DNA of 64,000 bases from NCBI GenBank assembly GCA_002269645.1, contig NIVC01002024.1, forward strand, positions 1 to 64,000. Direction: 5' to 3'. The position numbers were made by a program, and so were the translations under genes. The notes beneath the pieces are model-generated. The model had not been told where the DNA came from. It was given only the letters and a program-made list of their open reading frames with translations, and did not search any database. This document shows, one piece after another, positions 38,827 to 51,178 of this stretch (position 1 is the first letter of the stretch; each line of letters opens with the position of its first letter). The DNA is from Macrostomum lignano (lineage: Eukaryota).

Positions 38827-39205
38827 TTAATAATTTATATCAACGATGAGTTTTAATCCTATCATTTATATAGTTTTTATCTTTTTTCAATAGAAGCCAG
38901 AAATATTTTAGCGATCAGATAGCTCACTCGCAGATGCAGCCCAGTTCAAATGAAATGAAAAGCATCGCAACGAATTTTGAGTAGGATTTTTTAGACCTCA
39001 TTCGACACCTAACGGCCCGCCGCTAACGGAGCCCATCCACGCTAAAAAATCCCGTTAACGGGACCCAACCCACGGTGGAGTGGGCTCTCTTAACGGGGGC
39101 CGGCCCACGAGCGGAGAAGGGTGGGTGTGGGGTGAGTGTGGAACGCTAGTGCGCATTAGCGTACAAGACAAAATCCAACGCTTCTTGTACTCGCGTCCCT
39201 AGCAT

Positions 39206-39740
39206 AAGAATCGGGGATTCGGATTCCAACATGAGGAAACAGAGATAGGGAATTAAGAATCGGGGATTCGGATTCCAACATGAGGAAACAGAGATAGGGA
39301 ATTAAGAATCGGGGATTCGGATTCCAACATGAGGAAACAGAGATAGGGAATTAAGAATCGGGGATTCGGATTCCAACATGAGGAATCGGGGATAGGGAAT
39401 TAAGAATCGGGGATTCGGATTCCAACATGAGGAAACAGAGATAGGGAATTAAGAATCGGGGATTCGGATTCCAACATGAGGAAACAGAGATAGGGAATTA
39501 AGAATCGGGGATTCGGATTCCAACATGAGGAATCGGGGATAGGGAATTAAGAATCGGGGATTCGGATTCCAACATGAGGAATCAGGGATAGGGAATTAAG
39601 AATCGGGGATTCGGATTCCAACATGAGGAATCAGGGATAGGGAATTAAGAATCGGGGATTCGGATTCCAACATGAGGAATCGGGGATAGGGAATTAAGAA
39701 TCGGGGATTCGGATTCCAACATGAGGAATCAGAGATAGGG
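39206..39740 (+). repeat. 49-bp minisatellite, ~11 copies
   Basis: AAGAATCGGGGATTCGGATTCCAACATGAGGAAACAGAGATAGGGAATT. Confidence 0.95.
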
Positions 39741-40059
39741 ACAAAGGCATTACACAATTAAGTCGTAAAAGTAAACCATAACTCAATTATAATAACAAGG
39801 TAGTAGATATTTATTAGATCCTGAGTCGCATAAAATGAAACTCAGCAAATAGTGATCTAAATGGAGCATACCTTATTGACAAATAATCAATAACAAAACA
39901 AACAACAAACAACAACAATCAATAACAAGTTCAAAAATGACACTTTTGATTTTTATAGTGCCAAATTGATATAAATCAGTGCTGATCCCTGAAGCCATGC
40001 CTAAAAAGGCCAAAATCAGCGCTGGAAAGCTCGAATTGGCGCCGGAAGCCAAATTTGGC

Positions 40060-40490
40060 GTCAGGATCCCCAAATCGGCGCCAGGATCCCCAAATCGGCG
40101 CCAGGATCCCAAATCAGCGCCAGGATCCCCAAATCGGCGCCAGGATCCCCAAATCGGCGCCAGGATCCCCAAATCGGCGCCAGGATCCCCAAATCGGCGC
40201 CAGGATCCCCAAATCGGCGCCAGGATCCCCAAATCGGCGCCAGGATCCCCAAATCGGCGCCAGGATCCCCAAATCGGCGCCAGGATCCCCAAATCGGCGC
40301 CAGGATCCCCAAATCGGCGCCAGGATCCCAAATCAGCGCCAGGATCCCCAAATCGGCGCCAGGATACCAAATCAGCGCCAGGATCCCCAAATCGGCACCA
40401 AGATCCCAAATCAGCGCCAGGATCCCCAAATCGGCGCCAGGATCCCAAATCGGCGCCAGGATCCCCAAATCAGCGCCAGGATCCCCAAAT
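40060..40490 (+). repeat. 20/19-bp minisatellite
   Basis: CCCCAAATCGGCGCCAGGAT. Confidence 0.95.
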
Positions 40491-40729
40491 CAGTTCCGGA
40501 ACGCTGAAATCAGCGCTGGAATGGCGCACAAGTGGCAGCGTATATCAGCCTGCTACTTCTTGGCTCCAATTTCAATATTCCGGCGCCAATTTCAGCTTCT
40601 CGGCGCCTATTTTAGCGCCCTGGCAAGGTCAATGCAACTAGCGCTCACGCGGAAAAAATGTTTTTTATTTTTTGAATTAGTGCCATGTATCTTGCAAACC
40701 AATGCGAGTCAAGTTCTGGCGTCTGCTTC

Positions 40730-41255
40730 TCCACAGCACCACAATGGCATATCCCAACCATTGTGGGCTGGCCCGCAAGGCGGGCTGTTCCGGCTCGCCC
40801 CTTGGCCCCGTGCCCCTGGCCCCCATCCCCGCCACTGTCATTAATCGTCAGATTAACGACTGGGCGGACATCCTGCACTTGCGCAGATGGGATGGTGCGG
40901 CAGTGCCCAATCCATCCCTCAAGCTGCGGACCAAAATCGAAAAGATATCCGCGCTCTCACTATGACCTTCACAGGTCTCGGTTGCTTTGCCAGGCACTGT
41001 TTCCTCCGAAGTGCCCGCCGGAGCGAACTCTGCCCTTTCTGCAACCTCGAGAACGAAGACGCCAAGCACTTCGTCTGCTACTGCCCGGCCTTCAACCGAG
41101 ACCGGCTCAACCACCTCGGGCCCAACCCGTCCCTGGTCGACGTTTGCCGGCCCGAGAACATCCCACGGCTCATCCGGTTCCTCCGGGCCACCAAGCGAGC
41201 CTCCGTCTTCCCCACCGAAGGCAACGCTGCTGACAGGACCGGCAGACCTCCCTGA
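40730..41255 (+). mobile_element. 5'-truncated non-LTR retrotransposon fragment (C-terminal CCHC zinc-finger region)
   Basis: NRKDIRALTMTFTGLGCFARH...CPFCNLENEDAKHFVCYCPAFNRDRLNHLG, typical of LINE ORF2 C-termini. Frameshifted upstream. Confidence 0.7.
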
Positions 41256-41872
41256 CCGGCCCCGCGCCCTAGCCTTTGCGGGCCTTTCCGGGATTAGTGG
41301 AATGGGCGACGCTCTCCTCCCCGCTGCGTCTTCGGACCGCCCTGCAGCTAAGTCAAGTAAGTCAAGGGCTGGCCCGCGTTAAGGGAGCCCATCCCATCGT
41401 GGGGCGCATCCCGCTAACGGGCTGTTTTTAGCGTGGGATGGGTTCCGCTAACGGGCGGCCATATTCGAGAGAGAGTAGACTGAGGAGAGCCTCAGAGCCG
41501 CATTTTAGCGGGTGAGTGCAGGACTGAGTGAACCATGGGACGTCAATGAAGTGCCCCGAGTCCCTGAGCTCGCAGGGGAAATGGGATAGAGAATCTGCGG
41601 CTCCTCTCATGAAGAAGCCGAGAGAAAAAGCAGAGCATGCTAGGGGGGGAGGGGAGGGGGTTGGACGGCAGCACTAATGATGAAGGAGTTGAAGATTCAC
41701 CTCATGGGTGCTAAGTTCGAAAACCCTGCAGACCTCGCAGTGTACAGTCACTCGTGTTTTAGGATCGGACCATCCTTATATCAGCTAAATTCTCTCTTTT
41801 AAAAGCTTGAGCATACAAAAGCAGCTAAACCAGAAGAAAAGCCCAGCTGCGTGCTTGAAGATTTGATACGCA

Positions 41873-42439
<567 letters not shown>

Positions 42440-42556
42440 TTTTAGCCGCAAAAGCTTGTTTCAGATTATTGCCAGACCCCTGGAACTGTTCATCCCTCGT
42501 GCCCCGCTGGAAAAAACGTAATTAAATCTTTAAAAACATTGCAGGTGCGCTCAACA

Positions 42557-43726
42557 ATGAGGCAATTGAAGATGCCCATAATCCTTCTAACGCCGTTGGT
42601 AGTAATCGGATTGTTTTATGGGATGTACCGCAGCTGGCACTTCGATGCAATTTTCGGCAAAAAAATGCTAACTGGATTAGAAAAGCTACCAGCAGTGAGG
42701 ACCCAAAAGAAAAATTCAACATTACAGCTTGACGTCATTAAGCCATCAGAAGCGTCTTCTCCGGAAAACGCGCTGGTCATTCACAGGCCGCTGCCTGCCA
42801 AAATGTGTGATGTCTATCGAGAGCTCCGCAACGTCAACTTCCTGCACAAGTCCATCAGCGAGAGCATCTGCGAAAGCGCCGCCGCCTACACCATCGTGGA
42901 CAGCGCGTTTCCGCTCTGCCGACTCAAGCAGCACCTGCCGCACGTGCTCACCGAAGGCGTCAGAGCTGCGAGCATGCAGACCTTCATCAGAAGCCCCCTC
43001 ACCCAGAGAAACGTCTCCAGCTTCGTCTACTCGAGTCCCGACCTCATCTCGACCAGCATCCGCACGGAGCACATCTTCGAGGAGCGGAACGTCCGCATCA
43101 TGCAGCAAATCATTCGCAACCTGGCCGCCAAGTCGCCCGTCACCTTCGTGGACGTCGGCTCGAACATCGGCGTGTTCAGCCTGTCGGTCCTCGATCTCGG
43201 AGTGCCCGTCATCGCGCTGGACGCGAACATCCGCAACCTGATTCGAATCAAGCTGTCAGCCGAGGCGGCCAATTCGCCTCACAAGCTGCACCTGCTGTGG
43301 AACTTCGTCAGCAGGCAGGTGTCGCTCATGTACCTGAACTTCCCGAAGGACTGCAACATTGGCGGCGCCACCAAGTTCGGCAGAGCCGTCGTCGACACGA
43401 TCCCGGTGATGTCGGCCACCGCGGACTCCATCGTGCCGCTCATCAACACCAAGCTGGTCGTGTTGAAGGTCGACATCGAAGGAGGCGAAGGCGAGTTCTT
43501 CAAAAGCGCGAAGAAGCTGTTCGACACCTTCACGATTCCCGTGGTGCACATGGAGTGGCTGAGGAAGCACATGAGCGAGGAGGAGCGCCAGTTCATGATC
43601 AGCTTCTTCGCTGAGAGGCGCTACAGCCCGAGGACTGCAATGCTTTGGAACATTCCGGCCAATGTAAAGAACAAGAATTTTAACACCGATTCTCTGTTTT
43701 GGATTCACGGAGACTTTAAACAATAG
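42557..43726 (+). CDS. Type-II membrane FkbM-family methyltransferase, copy 2
   Basis: TM anchor IILLTPLVVIGLFYG, then VTFVDVGSNIGVFSL, KVDIEGGE and VVHMEW. Uninterrupted ORF. Confidence 0.88.
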   Translation: MRQLKMPIILLTPLVVIGLFYGMYRSWHFDAIFGKKMLTGLEKLPAVRTQKKNSTLQLDVIKPSEASSPENALVIHRPLPAKMCDVYRELRNVNFLHKSISESICESAAAYTIVDSAFPLCRLKQHLPHVLTEGVRAASMQTFIRSPLTQRNVSSFVYSSPDLISTSIRTEHIFEERNVRIMQQIIRNLAAKSPVTFVDVGSNIGVFSLSVLDLGVPVIALDANIRNLIRIKLSAEAANSPHKLHLLWNFVSRQVSLMYLNFPKDCNIGGATKFGRAVVDTIPVMSATADSIVPLINTKLVVLKVDIEGGEGEFFKSAKKLFDTFTIPVVHMEWLRKHMSEEERQFMISFFAERRYSPRTAMLWNIPANVKNKNFNTDSLFWIHGDFKQ

Positions 43727-44044
43727 GCAGGCGGTTTTAGATTAGCTGGTCTTTCGATCGGCAAATTAGGGCTTAATTCCCTAATGATTTTACGTACATG
43801 TATCTAAGGACAAAATTAGCAGTATTGAAATCGATAAAACGTACACATAGTTTGTTGATTGCGTCTCTAGTCAATTAAGAAGTCATTAACCATATTCATT
43901 TTAGTTCCTTTGATGATGCTGCATGTAATTTGTTGAAATCAAAATTTTGTTTCGACTTTTGCTGGGACTTGTCTTTGGCAAGTATATGTTTTGAGACTTT
44001 GAAGCTGCCTCATTCTAGCAGCTTAATTACTTCTTTATCAGTGA

Positions 44045-44330
44045 TTGGGACTCACAACTGAAAGGTCGGGGTTTCGATTTTCGACCTGCTCGGAACAATT
44101 AGTGTCATTTGAGCAAGGCACTCGACTCTGCATTGCTTCAGTTCACCCAGCTGCAGAATGGGTGCCAGCATTAGCTGGGGTAATTGAGGCTGTGTGTGGC
44201 GACCCCCCAGTCCTTGGACTGAACAGCCGTACGCAGCCTTCAGATGCGCCGCGCAATAGCTGCGGCTGAGCTGTCGGTTGCACATCTGGCTATTAAGTTT
44301 TACAAGTGTAATCAACCATATATTATTATC
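44045..44330 (+). mobile_element. tRNA-derived CORE-like SINE remnant
   Basis: B-box-like GGTTTCGATT followed by GTGTCATTTGAGCAAGGCACTCGAC...GCTTCAGTTCACCCAGCTGCAGAATGGG, which resembles the CORE domain consensus. Confidence 0.55.
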
Positions 44331-45496
44331 AGCGATTAGGAAATAAGTAGGCTACTTTGGGTGTGCCGTAAGCTTGGCAGTGTGGTTCAGAGTTCCTCAT
44401 CTACTTCTGGTGCAGTTTTTCCCAGCTCAAAATCGACCAAAAGCATAGAATTGGAAGTGTCTTTGTCGTGAGTCATCATGTTGACTTTTGCTCGCTGTAT
44501 GGACGCTGCCAAAATCTAGTTAACGAATTATTGCTGAAGATTGGGCCATAGACATCCTGTGCTCTGGTATTTCTCCACGAGTACGAGTATACTGTGTAGC
44601 TCTGTACTACTCACCATAGAACCCCTCTATGCTACCCAAAAGGCATGCAGTGACAGTATTTATGACACACCCGAAGTATATATAATTGATTTCTGCTCAT
44701 TCGAAATGGAAATTAACTAGCTAGATGAACACTCATGCAGCTCCTTGGTTCCTGCACTCCTCATCTGGGCTAAAATCACGCAGTGCACTAAATTGGCCAA
44801 GTTCGATCGATTGAAACAGGATAACAAATTAAATTGCAAATAACGTTATGCATCGCGTCAGATCTACTGCCGACAACACGAGAAAGGAATGATCCGAATG
44901 AGACAATAAATCTTCAGGACCGGAAACGAGTCCAATCTAGGCACGAATTCATACACACGCTCATACAGGGTGTACAGTGGCACTTTGACTTTCTAATCGT
45001 AAGGCATGGGCAATCTCTGCGCTTTTTAAATAAATTATAACTATTAAACCATTGTGTTATTAAATGTTACAGAACCAGCGAAGAGTTTTGCAGAAATATT
45101 CAACTCTTAATAATATGATAAAACATCATGTTTATAGAAAAACAATACGTCTATCGATTAAAAAATGTCCCAGACAGTTGGACTCAGCCATGTGCTTAGG
45201 CCGAAACGGCATTTCAATTTCTATTGCGCAGTGACCATATTGGCCCGGTTAGCCCAGTTACAGATTAACTGGACCAGTTACTCAAAACAGATTAACCTGT
45301 TTCAAGTCGTTTATGTAGCGATTCGAAGCATGAGTAAACAATATAATTGTCTGAAAAAAATCTAGTCAAAAGTACACAGCAGAGCCAAACGAACAGCAAC
45401 TGGTTCTACAGATAGTCAATCGGTTCATGCAACATTTCGACATTGTTTTCAAGCATGTGCAAGTTCAATCATATAAGCACTCATAAACAGACTCGT

Positions 45497-46618
45497 TCAA
45501 AGCAGCACGCCTGCATCCTCAATATCCTTGTGCACCCAAACAAGGTCATCTCCCTGATACCCTGTGTGGCTGATGTTGATCAACTTCGTCAGATCGTTCG
45601 TGCTCCTCGCGCTGTAGCGCCTCTCAGCGAAGAAGCTGATCATGAACTGGCGCTCCTCCTCGCTCATGTGCTTCCTCAGCCACTCCATGTGCACCACGGG
45701 AATCGTGAAGGTGTCGAACAGCTTCTTCGCGCTCTTGAAGAACTCGCCTTCGCCTCCTTCGATGTCGACCTTCAACACGACCAGCTTGGTGTCGATGAGC
45801 GGCACGATGGAGTCCGCAGTGGCCGACATCACTGGGATCGTGTCGACGACGGCTCTGCCGAACTTGGTGGCGCCGCCAATGTTGCAGTCCTTCGGGAAGT
45901 TCAGGTACATGAGCGACACCTGCCTGCTGACGAAGTTCCACAGCAGGTGCAGCTTGTGAGGCGAATTGGCCGCCTCGGCTGACAGCTTGATTCGAATCAG
46001 GTTGCGGATGTTCGCGTCCAGCGCGATGACGGGCACTCCGAGATCGAGGACCGACAGGCTGAACACGCCGATGTTCGAGCCGACGTCCACGAAGGTGACG
46101 GGCGACTTGGCGGCCAGGTTGCGAATGATTTGCTGCATGATGCGGACGTTCCGCTCCTCGAAGATGTGCTCCGTGCGGATGCTGGTCGAGATGAGGTCGG
46201 GACTCGAGTAGACGAAGCTGGAGACGTTTCTCTGGGTGAGGGGGCTTCTGATGAAGGTCTGCATGCTCGCAGCTCTGACGCCTTCGGTGAGCACGTGCGG
46301 CAGGTGCTGCTTGAGTCGGCAGAGCGGAAACGCGCTGTCCACGATGGTGTAGGCGGCGGCGCCTTCGCAGATGCTCTCGCTGATGGACTTGTGCAGGAAA
46401 TTGACGCTGCGGAGCTCGCTGTAGGCGCCGCAGGCACCCGACGGCAGAGGGTTGTCAACAGTCGCTGGCACCGTGTCCTTTGTTTTCATGGCCCGCCTCT
46501 TTGAAGAAATAACTGAGTGGATGCGACTGCCGAAGATCTCACGATGCATCCCCAGGGCCAGCAGCAGTAGCGCCATCAGGAACAGCACTAGCTTCATCAG
46601 TCTTCTCAGTTGCTGCAT
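45497..46618 (-). CDS. Type-II membrane FkbM-family methyltransferase, copy 3 (373 aa)
   Basis: TM anchor LVLFLMALLLLALGM and the same motifs. The core is near-identical to copy 2, in convergent orientation. Confidence 0.88.
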   Translation of the reverse strand: MQQLRRLMKLVLFLMALLLLALGMHREIFGSRIHSVISSKRRAMKTKDTVPATVDNPLPSGACGAYSELRSVNFLHKSISESICEGAAAYTIVDSAFPLCRLKQHLPHVLTEGVRAASMQTFIRSPLTQRNVSSFVYSSPDLISTSIRTEHIFEERNVRIMQQIIRNLAAKSPVTFVDVGSNIGVFSLSVLDLGVPVIALDANIRNLIRIKLSAEAANSPHKLHLLWNFVSRQVSLMYLNFPKDCNIGGATKFGRAVVDTIPVMSATADSIVPLIDTKLVVLKVDIEGGEGEFFKSAKKLFDTFTIPVVHMEWLRKHMSEEERQFMISFFAERRYSARSTNDLTKLINISHTGYQGDDLVWVHKDIEDAGVLL

Positions 46619-46740
46619 GGCGGATTCTGCCTTGCTTCGATTGGTACTGACGCAGTGAAATAGAAAATTTTGTCATTTTGCCCGTTACAAATGTTTATTG
46701 ATAATGCATGTACTTTACCGATTTGTAGCTATTAGTACTA

Positions 46741-47278
46741 CGAGGGTTGCTACAAAAGTTTCCGCTTTGCTTTGCTTTTCCTGAGTGCAAGTTGTGTCTG
46801 ATTATGCCGTGTGTTTATCTATAACCAGCCTTATAGACAAAATGTTTTCTCAAATTCTGTGTACGTGAGAGATAAAGCAAGGTTCAATCTTAAGGAGCTG
46901 CAAGACACGAAGGGTGACAAAATGACCAAAACATCCTTCATAGAGCTTCGGGTGTCCAAGGAGAGTCGACACCATTTTATCCAAGGGTAAAACAGCGACG
47001 CAGACCTTTGATGAGGTGCTCCTTGCATTTGGTGTTCATGCTCTTGCTCTCGATGGTGTCACTAAGCTGTCCTGCACAGGTCAAAAACCAAACGACGACT
47101 GCTGTCCTTAATTATTTAAAGTAAAATCCAACTGCAAGTGTGCCAGCAATCAACCTTTAGGCAAATCTGGCGACATAAGTGACAGTGATCGATTGGTATA
47201 GCTGTAAAGCGATGCCGATAGGGATTTCTAATCATTGTTAACTTCAAGCAAACATGAAAACTTTTACAACAACCCTCG
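46741..47278 (+). mobile_element. Internally deleted mariner-family element (538 bp), TA target-site duplication
   Basis: TA|CGAGGGTTGCTACAAAAGTTT ... AAACTTTTACAACAACCCTCG|TA. An internal frame from 46974 reads ILSKGKTATQTFDEVLLAFGVHAL, resembling the mariner N-terminal HTH. Confidence 0.8.
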
Positions 47279-47571
47279 TAGATCAGCCTGTTGGGCCTGT
47301 ATCAGTGTCTAGTGAACCTTCAGGCAGCCCTATAAGACGGATGCCTACTCATGAACCATTGCCTTAAGTGAAAGCTACGCTCTATACCCCTAACACGATT
47401 TGATTTTATATTTTAGTTAAACCCCGATTTGAATAAAAATCACAATGGATTTTTTTGTTATCGAAATTCATCTTTTTATTGTCTCTCATAACCATAATTG
47501 TAGGAAAGCAATGCATTGCAGGTATTATCAACTAACTAAACCCCCATGCATATCTAATACCCTCTCTACAT

Positions 47572-48395
47572 CTCACTGTACCCTCCAGACTCCCGGTGTA
47601 CCCCTCTCGACATCTCACTGTACCCTCCAGACTCCCGGTGTACCCCCTCTCGACATCTTACTGTAGCCTCCAGACTCCCAGTGTACCCCCTCTCGACATC
47701 TCACTGTACCCTCCAGACTCCCGGTGTACCCCCTCTCGACATCTTACTGTAGCCTCCAGACTCCCGGTGTACCCCCTCTCGACATCTCACTGTACCCTCC
47801 AGACTCCCGGTGTACCCCTCTCGACATCTCAATGTACCCTCCAGACTCCCGGTGTACCCCCTCTCGACATCTTACTGTAGCCTCCAGACTCCCGGTGTAC
47901 CCCCTCTCGACATCTCACTGTACCCTCCAGACTCCCGGTGTACCCCTCTCGACATCTCAATGTACCCTCCAGACTCCCGGTGTACCCCCTCTCGACATCT
48001 TACTGTAGCCTCCAGACTCCCAGTGTACCCCCTCTCGACATCTCACTGTACCCTCCAGACTCCCAGTGTACCCCCTCTCGACATCTCACTGTACCCTCCA
48101 GACTCCCAGTGTACCCACTCTCGACATCTCACTGTACCCTCCAGACTCCCAGTGTACCCCCTCTCGACATCTCACTGTACCCTCCAGACTCCCAGTGTAC
48201 CCCCTCTCGACATCTCACTGTACCCTCCAGACTCCCAGTGTACCCCCTCTCGACATCTCACTGTACCCTCCAGACTCCCAGTGTACCCCTCTCGACATCT
48301 CACTGTACCCTCCAGACTCCCAGTGTACCCCCTCTCGACATCTCACTGTACCCTCCAGACTCCCAGTGTACCCCCTCTCGACATCTCACTGTACC
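47572..48395 (+). repeat. 43/42-bp minisatellite with a 128-bp higher-order period
   Basis: TGTACCCTCCAGACTCCCAGTGTACCCCCTCTCGACATCTCAC. ORF-track starts recur at 47810, 47938 and 48066. Confidence 0.93.
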
Positions 48396-48754
48396 CAAGT
48401 CACACAGACATATTAGTCATTGATCACTCTATGAAATACTTTGTCGAAAAACCTATCTATATTGACTCATTATAAATGTGTACATTGACTACATCATCTT
48501 ACCTTTATAAAGATCGGATTCCTGAGAGCTGAAACTAACTCCAAAACAATAGAGTTATTTGAGTACGTTCGTTAAATTCAATGCATTCAGTAGAGTGTGG
48601 CTACATGTATATTCCGCCTAAACATACACCTCCTCATCTGTAATTGTGAGAATGCTTCTCATTGGCTGGGCGGCCTCTGCACTGGCAGTGGAGAAAATGG
48701 GAAGTTTTGGCTTTCTGGAGTAGGGGCGAGTAGCCTAGGGAGGGGGCTGCTGGC

Positions 48755-49303
48755 GCCCCTGGTGCTAAAGCCCCTGGTGCTAAAGCCCCTGGTGCTAAAG
48801 CCCCTGGTGCTAAAGCCCCTGGTGCTAAAGCCCCTGGTGCTAAAGCCCCATGGTGCTAAAGCCCCTGGTGCTAAAGCCCCTGGTGCTAAAGCCCCTGGTG
48901 CTAAAGCCCCTGGTGCTAAAGCCCCTGGTGCTAAAGCCCCTGGTGCTAAAGCCCCTGGTGCTAAAGCCCCTGGTGCTAAAGCCCCTGGTGCTAAAGCCCC
49001 TGGTGCTAAAGCCCCTGGTGCTAAAGCCCCTGGTGCTAAAGCCCCTGGTGCTAAAGCCCCTGGTGCTAAAGCCCCTGGTGCTAAAGCCCCTGGTGCTAAA
49101 GCCCCTGGTGCTAAAGCCCCTGGTGCTAAAGCCCCTGGTGCTAAAGCCCCTGGTGCTAAAGCCCCTGGTGCTAAAGCCCCTGGTGCTAAAGCCCCTGGTG
49201 CTAAAGCCCCTGGTGCTAAAGCCCCTGGTGCTAAAGCCCCTGGTGCTAAAGCCCCTGGTGCTAAAGCCCCTGGTGCTAAAGCCCCTGGTGCTAAAGCCCC
49301 TGG
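48755..49303 (+). repeat. 15-bp near-perfect minisatellite, ~36 copies
   Basis: GCCCCTGGTGCTAAA. Confidence 0.98.
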
Positions 49304-49744
49304 CATCCCAACATGGTGTCTGAGCCACCGATACCCAAGGGAGAGAGGGCGATCAGGTAGATTCAGCAAGCATTGTGCAGGCTCAAGAGAACTGTAGGAC
49401 AACCAGACCTATATCCTCTCCACGAATGCCTCAAAGTGAACAGGCCTAGCAGAGACTGTTGGATATAAAATTAGCCGATAAGCGGGGTTGTTGCTGTTGT
49501 AAAAATAGCCCGGTTCTTATCGGATTCGTACATGAATGATAAACGTCTGTCAATCATTTACCAGCATTATTGCTCAATGGGAACTGTCATTTTTACATAT
49601 CTTAAAAAGCATATGCACTGCTTGCGTAAAACTATAGAGTAGATAAAGAAAGTAATGAGTCAAATAATGGAGTCTGTACCGTCAACGCTATCGTTTGTCA
49701 GTTGATTTATTTGTCAGGCATTAATCCATTACTGAATAATGAGC

Positions 49745-50783
49745 TGGGAGTGGGGATCTGGGAGTGGGGATCTGGGAGTGGACTGGGAGTGGGGATCTGG
49801 GAGTGGACTGGGAGTGGGGGTCTGGGAGTGGACTGGGAGTGGGGGTCTGGGAGTGGGGATCTGGGAATGGGGATCTGGGAGTGGGGATCTGGGAGTGGGG
49901 GTCTGGGAGTGGGGATCTCGGAGTGGGGATCTGGGAGTGGACTGGGAGTGGGGATCTGGGAGTGGGGTCTGGGAGTGGGGATCTCGGAGTGGGGATCTGG
50001 GAGTGGACTGGGAGTGGGGATCTGGGAGTGGGGATCTGGGAGTGGGGATCTGGGAGTGGGGATCTGGGAGTGGGGATCTGAGAGTGGGGATCTGAGATTT
50101 GGGTTCTGGGAGTGAGAATCTGGGAGTGGGTATCTGGGAGTGGGTATCTGGGAGTGGGTATCTGGGAGTGGGGTTCTGGGAGTGGGGATCTGGGAGTGGG
50201 GATCTGGGAGTGTGGATCTCGGAGTGGGAATCTGGGAGTGGGGATTTCGGAGTGGGGATCTGGGAGTGTGGATCTCGGAGTGGGGATCCGGGAGTGGACT
50301 GGGAGTGGGGATCTGGGAGTGGGGATTTCGGTGTGGGGATCTGGGAGTGGGAATCTGGGAGTGGGGATCTGGGAGTGTGGATCTCGGAGTGGGGATCTGG
50401 GAGTGTGGATCTCGGAGTGGGGATCTGGGAGTGGGAATCTGGGAGTGGGGATCTGGGAGTGGGGATCTGGGAGTGGGGATCTGGGAGTGGGGATCTGGGA
50501 GTGGGGATCTGGGAGTGGGGATCCGGGAGTGGAGATCTGGTAGTGGAGATCTCGTAGTGGGGGTCTGAGAGTGGACTGGGAGTGGGGATCTGGGAGTGGG
50601 GATCCGGGAGTGGGGATCTGGGAGTGGACTGGGAGTGGGGATCTAGGAGTGGAGATCTGGGAGTGGGGTTCTGGGAGTCGGGATCTGGGAGTGGACTGGG
50701 AGTGGGGATCTAGGAGTAGAGATCTGGGAGTGGGGTTCTGGGAGTGGGGATCTGGGAGTGGGGATTTGGGAGTGGGGATCTGG
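49745..50783 (+). repeat. G-rich 14-bp minisatellite
   Basis: GGGAGTGGGGATCT and variants. Confidence 0.95.
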
Positions 50784-51178
50784 GTTATCCGGTCTTCAGC
50801 TTTCCACAGCGGCCTCCCAAATCCAGCGCAGTTGACCAGCTGTTGAAGGCAGCAGCTAGGAAGTTTGTATTGCTGCTCCAAAATAAATAATCTTTCCCAG
50901 CGTGCAACAGCTGCTGCCCCTAATCCATGGACATTGTCTGCAGCAAGCCAGTGTGCAGGAATTGAGCTGCTGAAAATATTCTTACTCAAAAAGTGGATTA
51001 AGACCGATTGCAAAGTACCATTTATTATTCAGTAATTCAGTAATAAAAGACGTCGACTCACGCACTCTTATACCTTTCTCTATTACTTCTAGTATAGGCT
51101 GCGCCGCATCTGTCAAGTTCCCTGCGGTCTTCTGAGAGATTGCGCCTGATCTGGTTTTGAGATAGAGACAGCGCTAAG

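Larger units (their letters stand above)
39011..41461. mobile_element. Degenerate DNA-transposon-like segment bounded by ~95-bp imperfect inverted repeats
   Basis: 39011-39106 aligns with the reverse complement of 41366-41461. Shared blocks include CCCATC(C)CACGCTAAAAA, CCCGTTA(A/G)CGGGA and TGGGCTC(T/C)CTTAACG. Confidence 0.5.

Noticed and set aside
44045-44100. Intact tRNA gene
   Set aside because: Only a B-box-like motif is present, with no cloverleaf. It is better explained as a SINE head.
42729-46658. Antisense and alternate-frame ORFs overlapping the FkbM genes
   Set aside because: They are shadows of GC3-rich coding sequence, repeated in each paralogue.
48597-51013. AKAPG/VLKPL and WEWGSGSG/PRSPLPD ORFs (up to 430 aa)
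   Set aside because: They are translations of 15-bp and 14-bp minisatellites. The 15-bp unit is also not a TTAGGG telomeric repeat.
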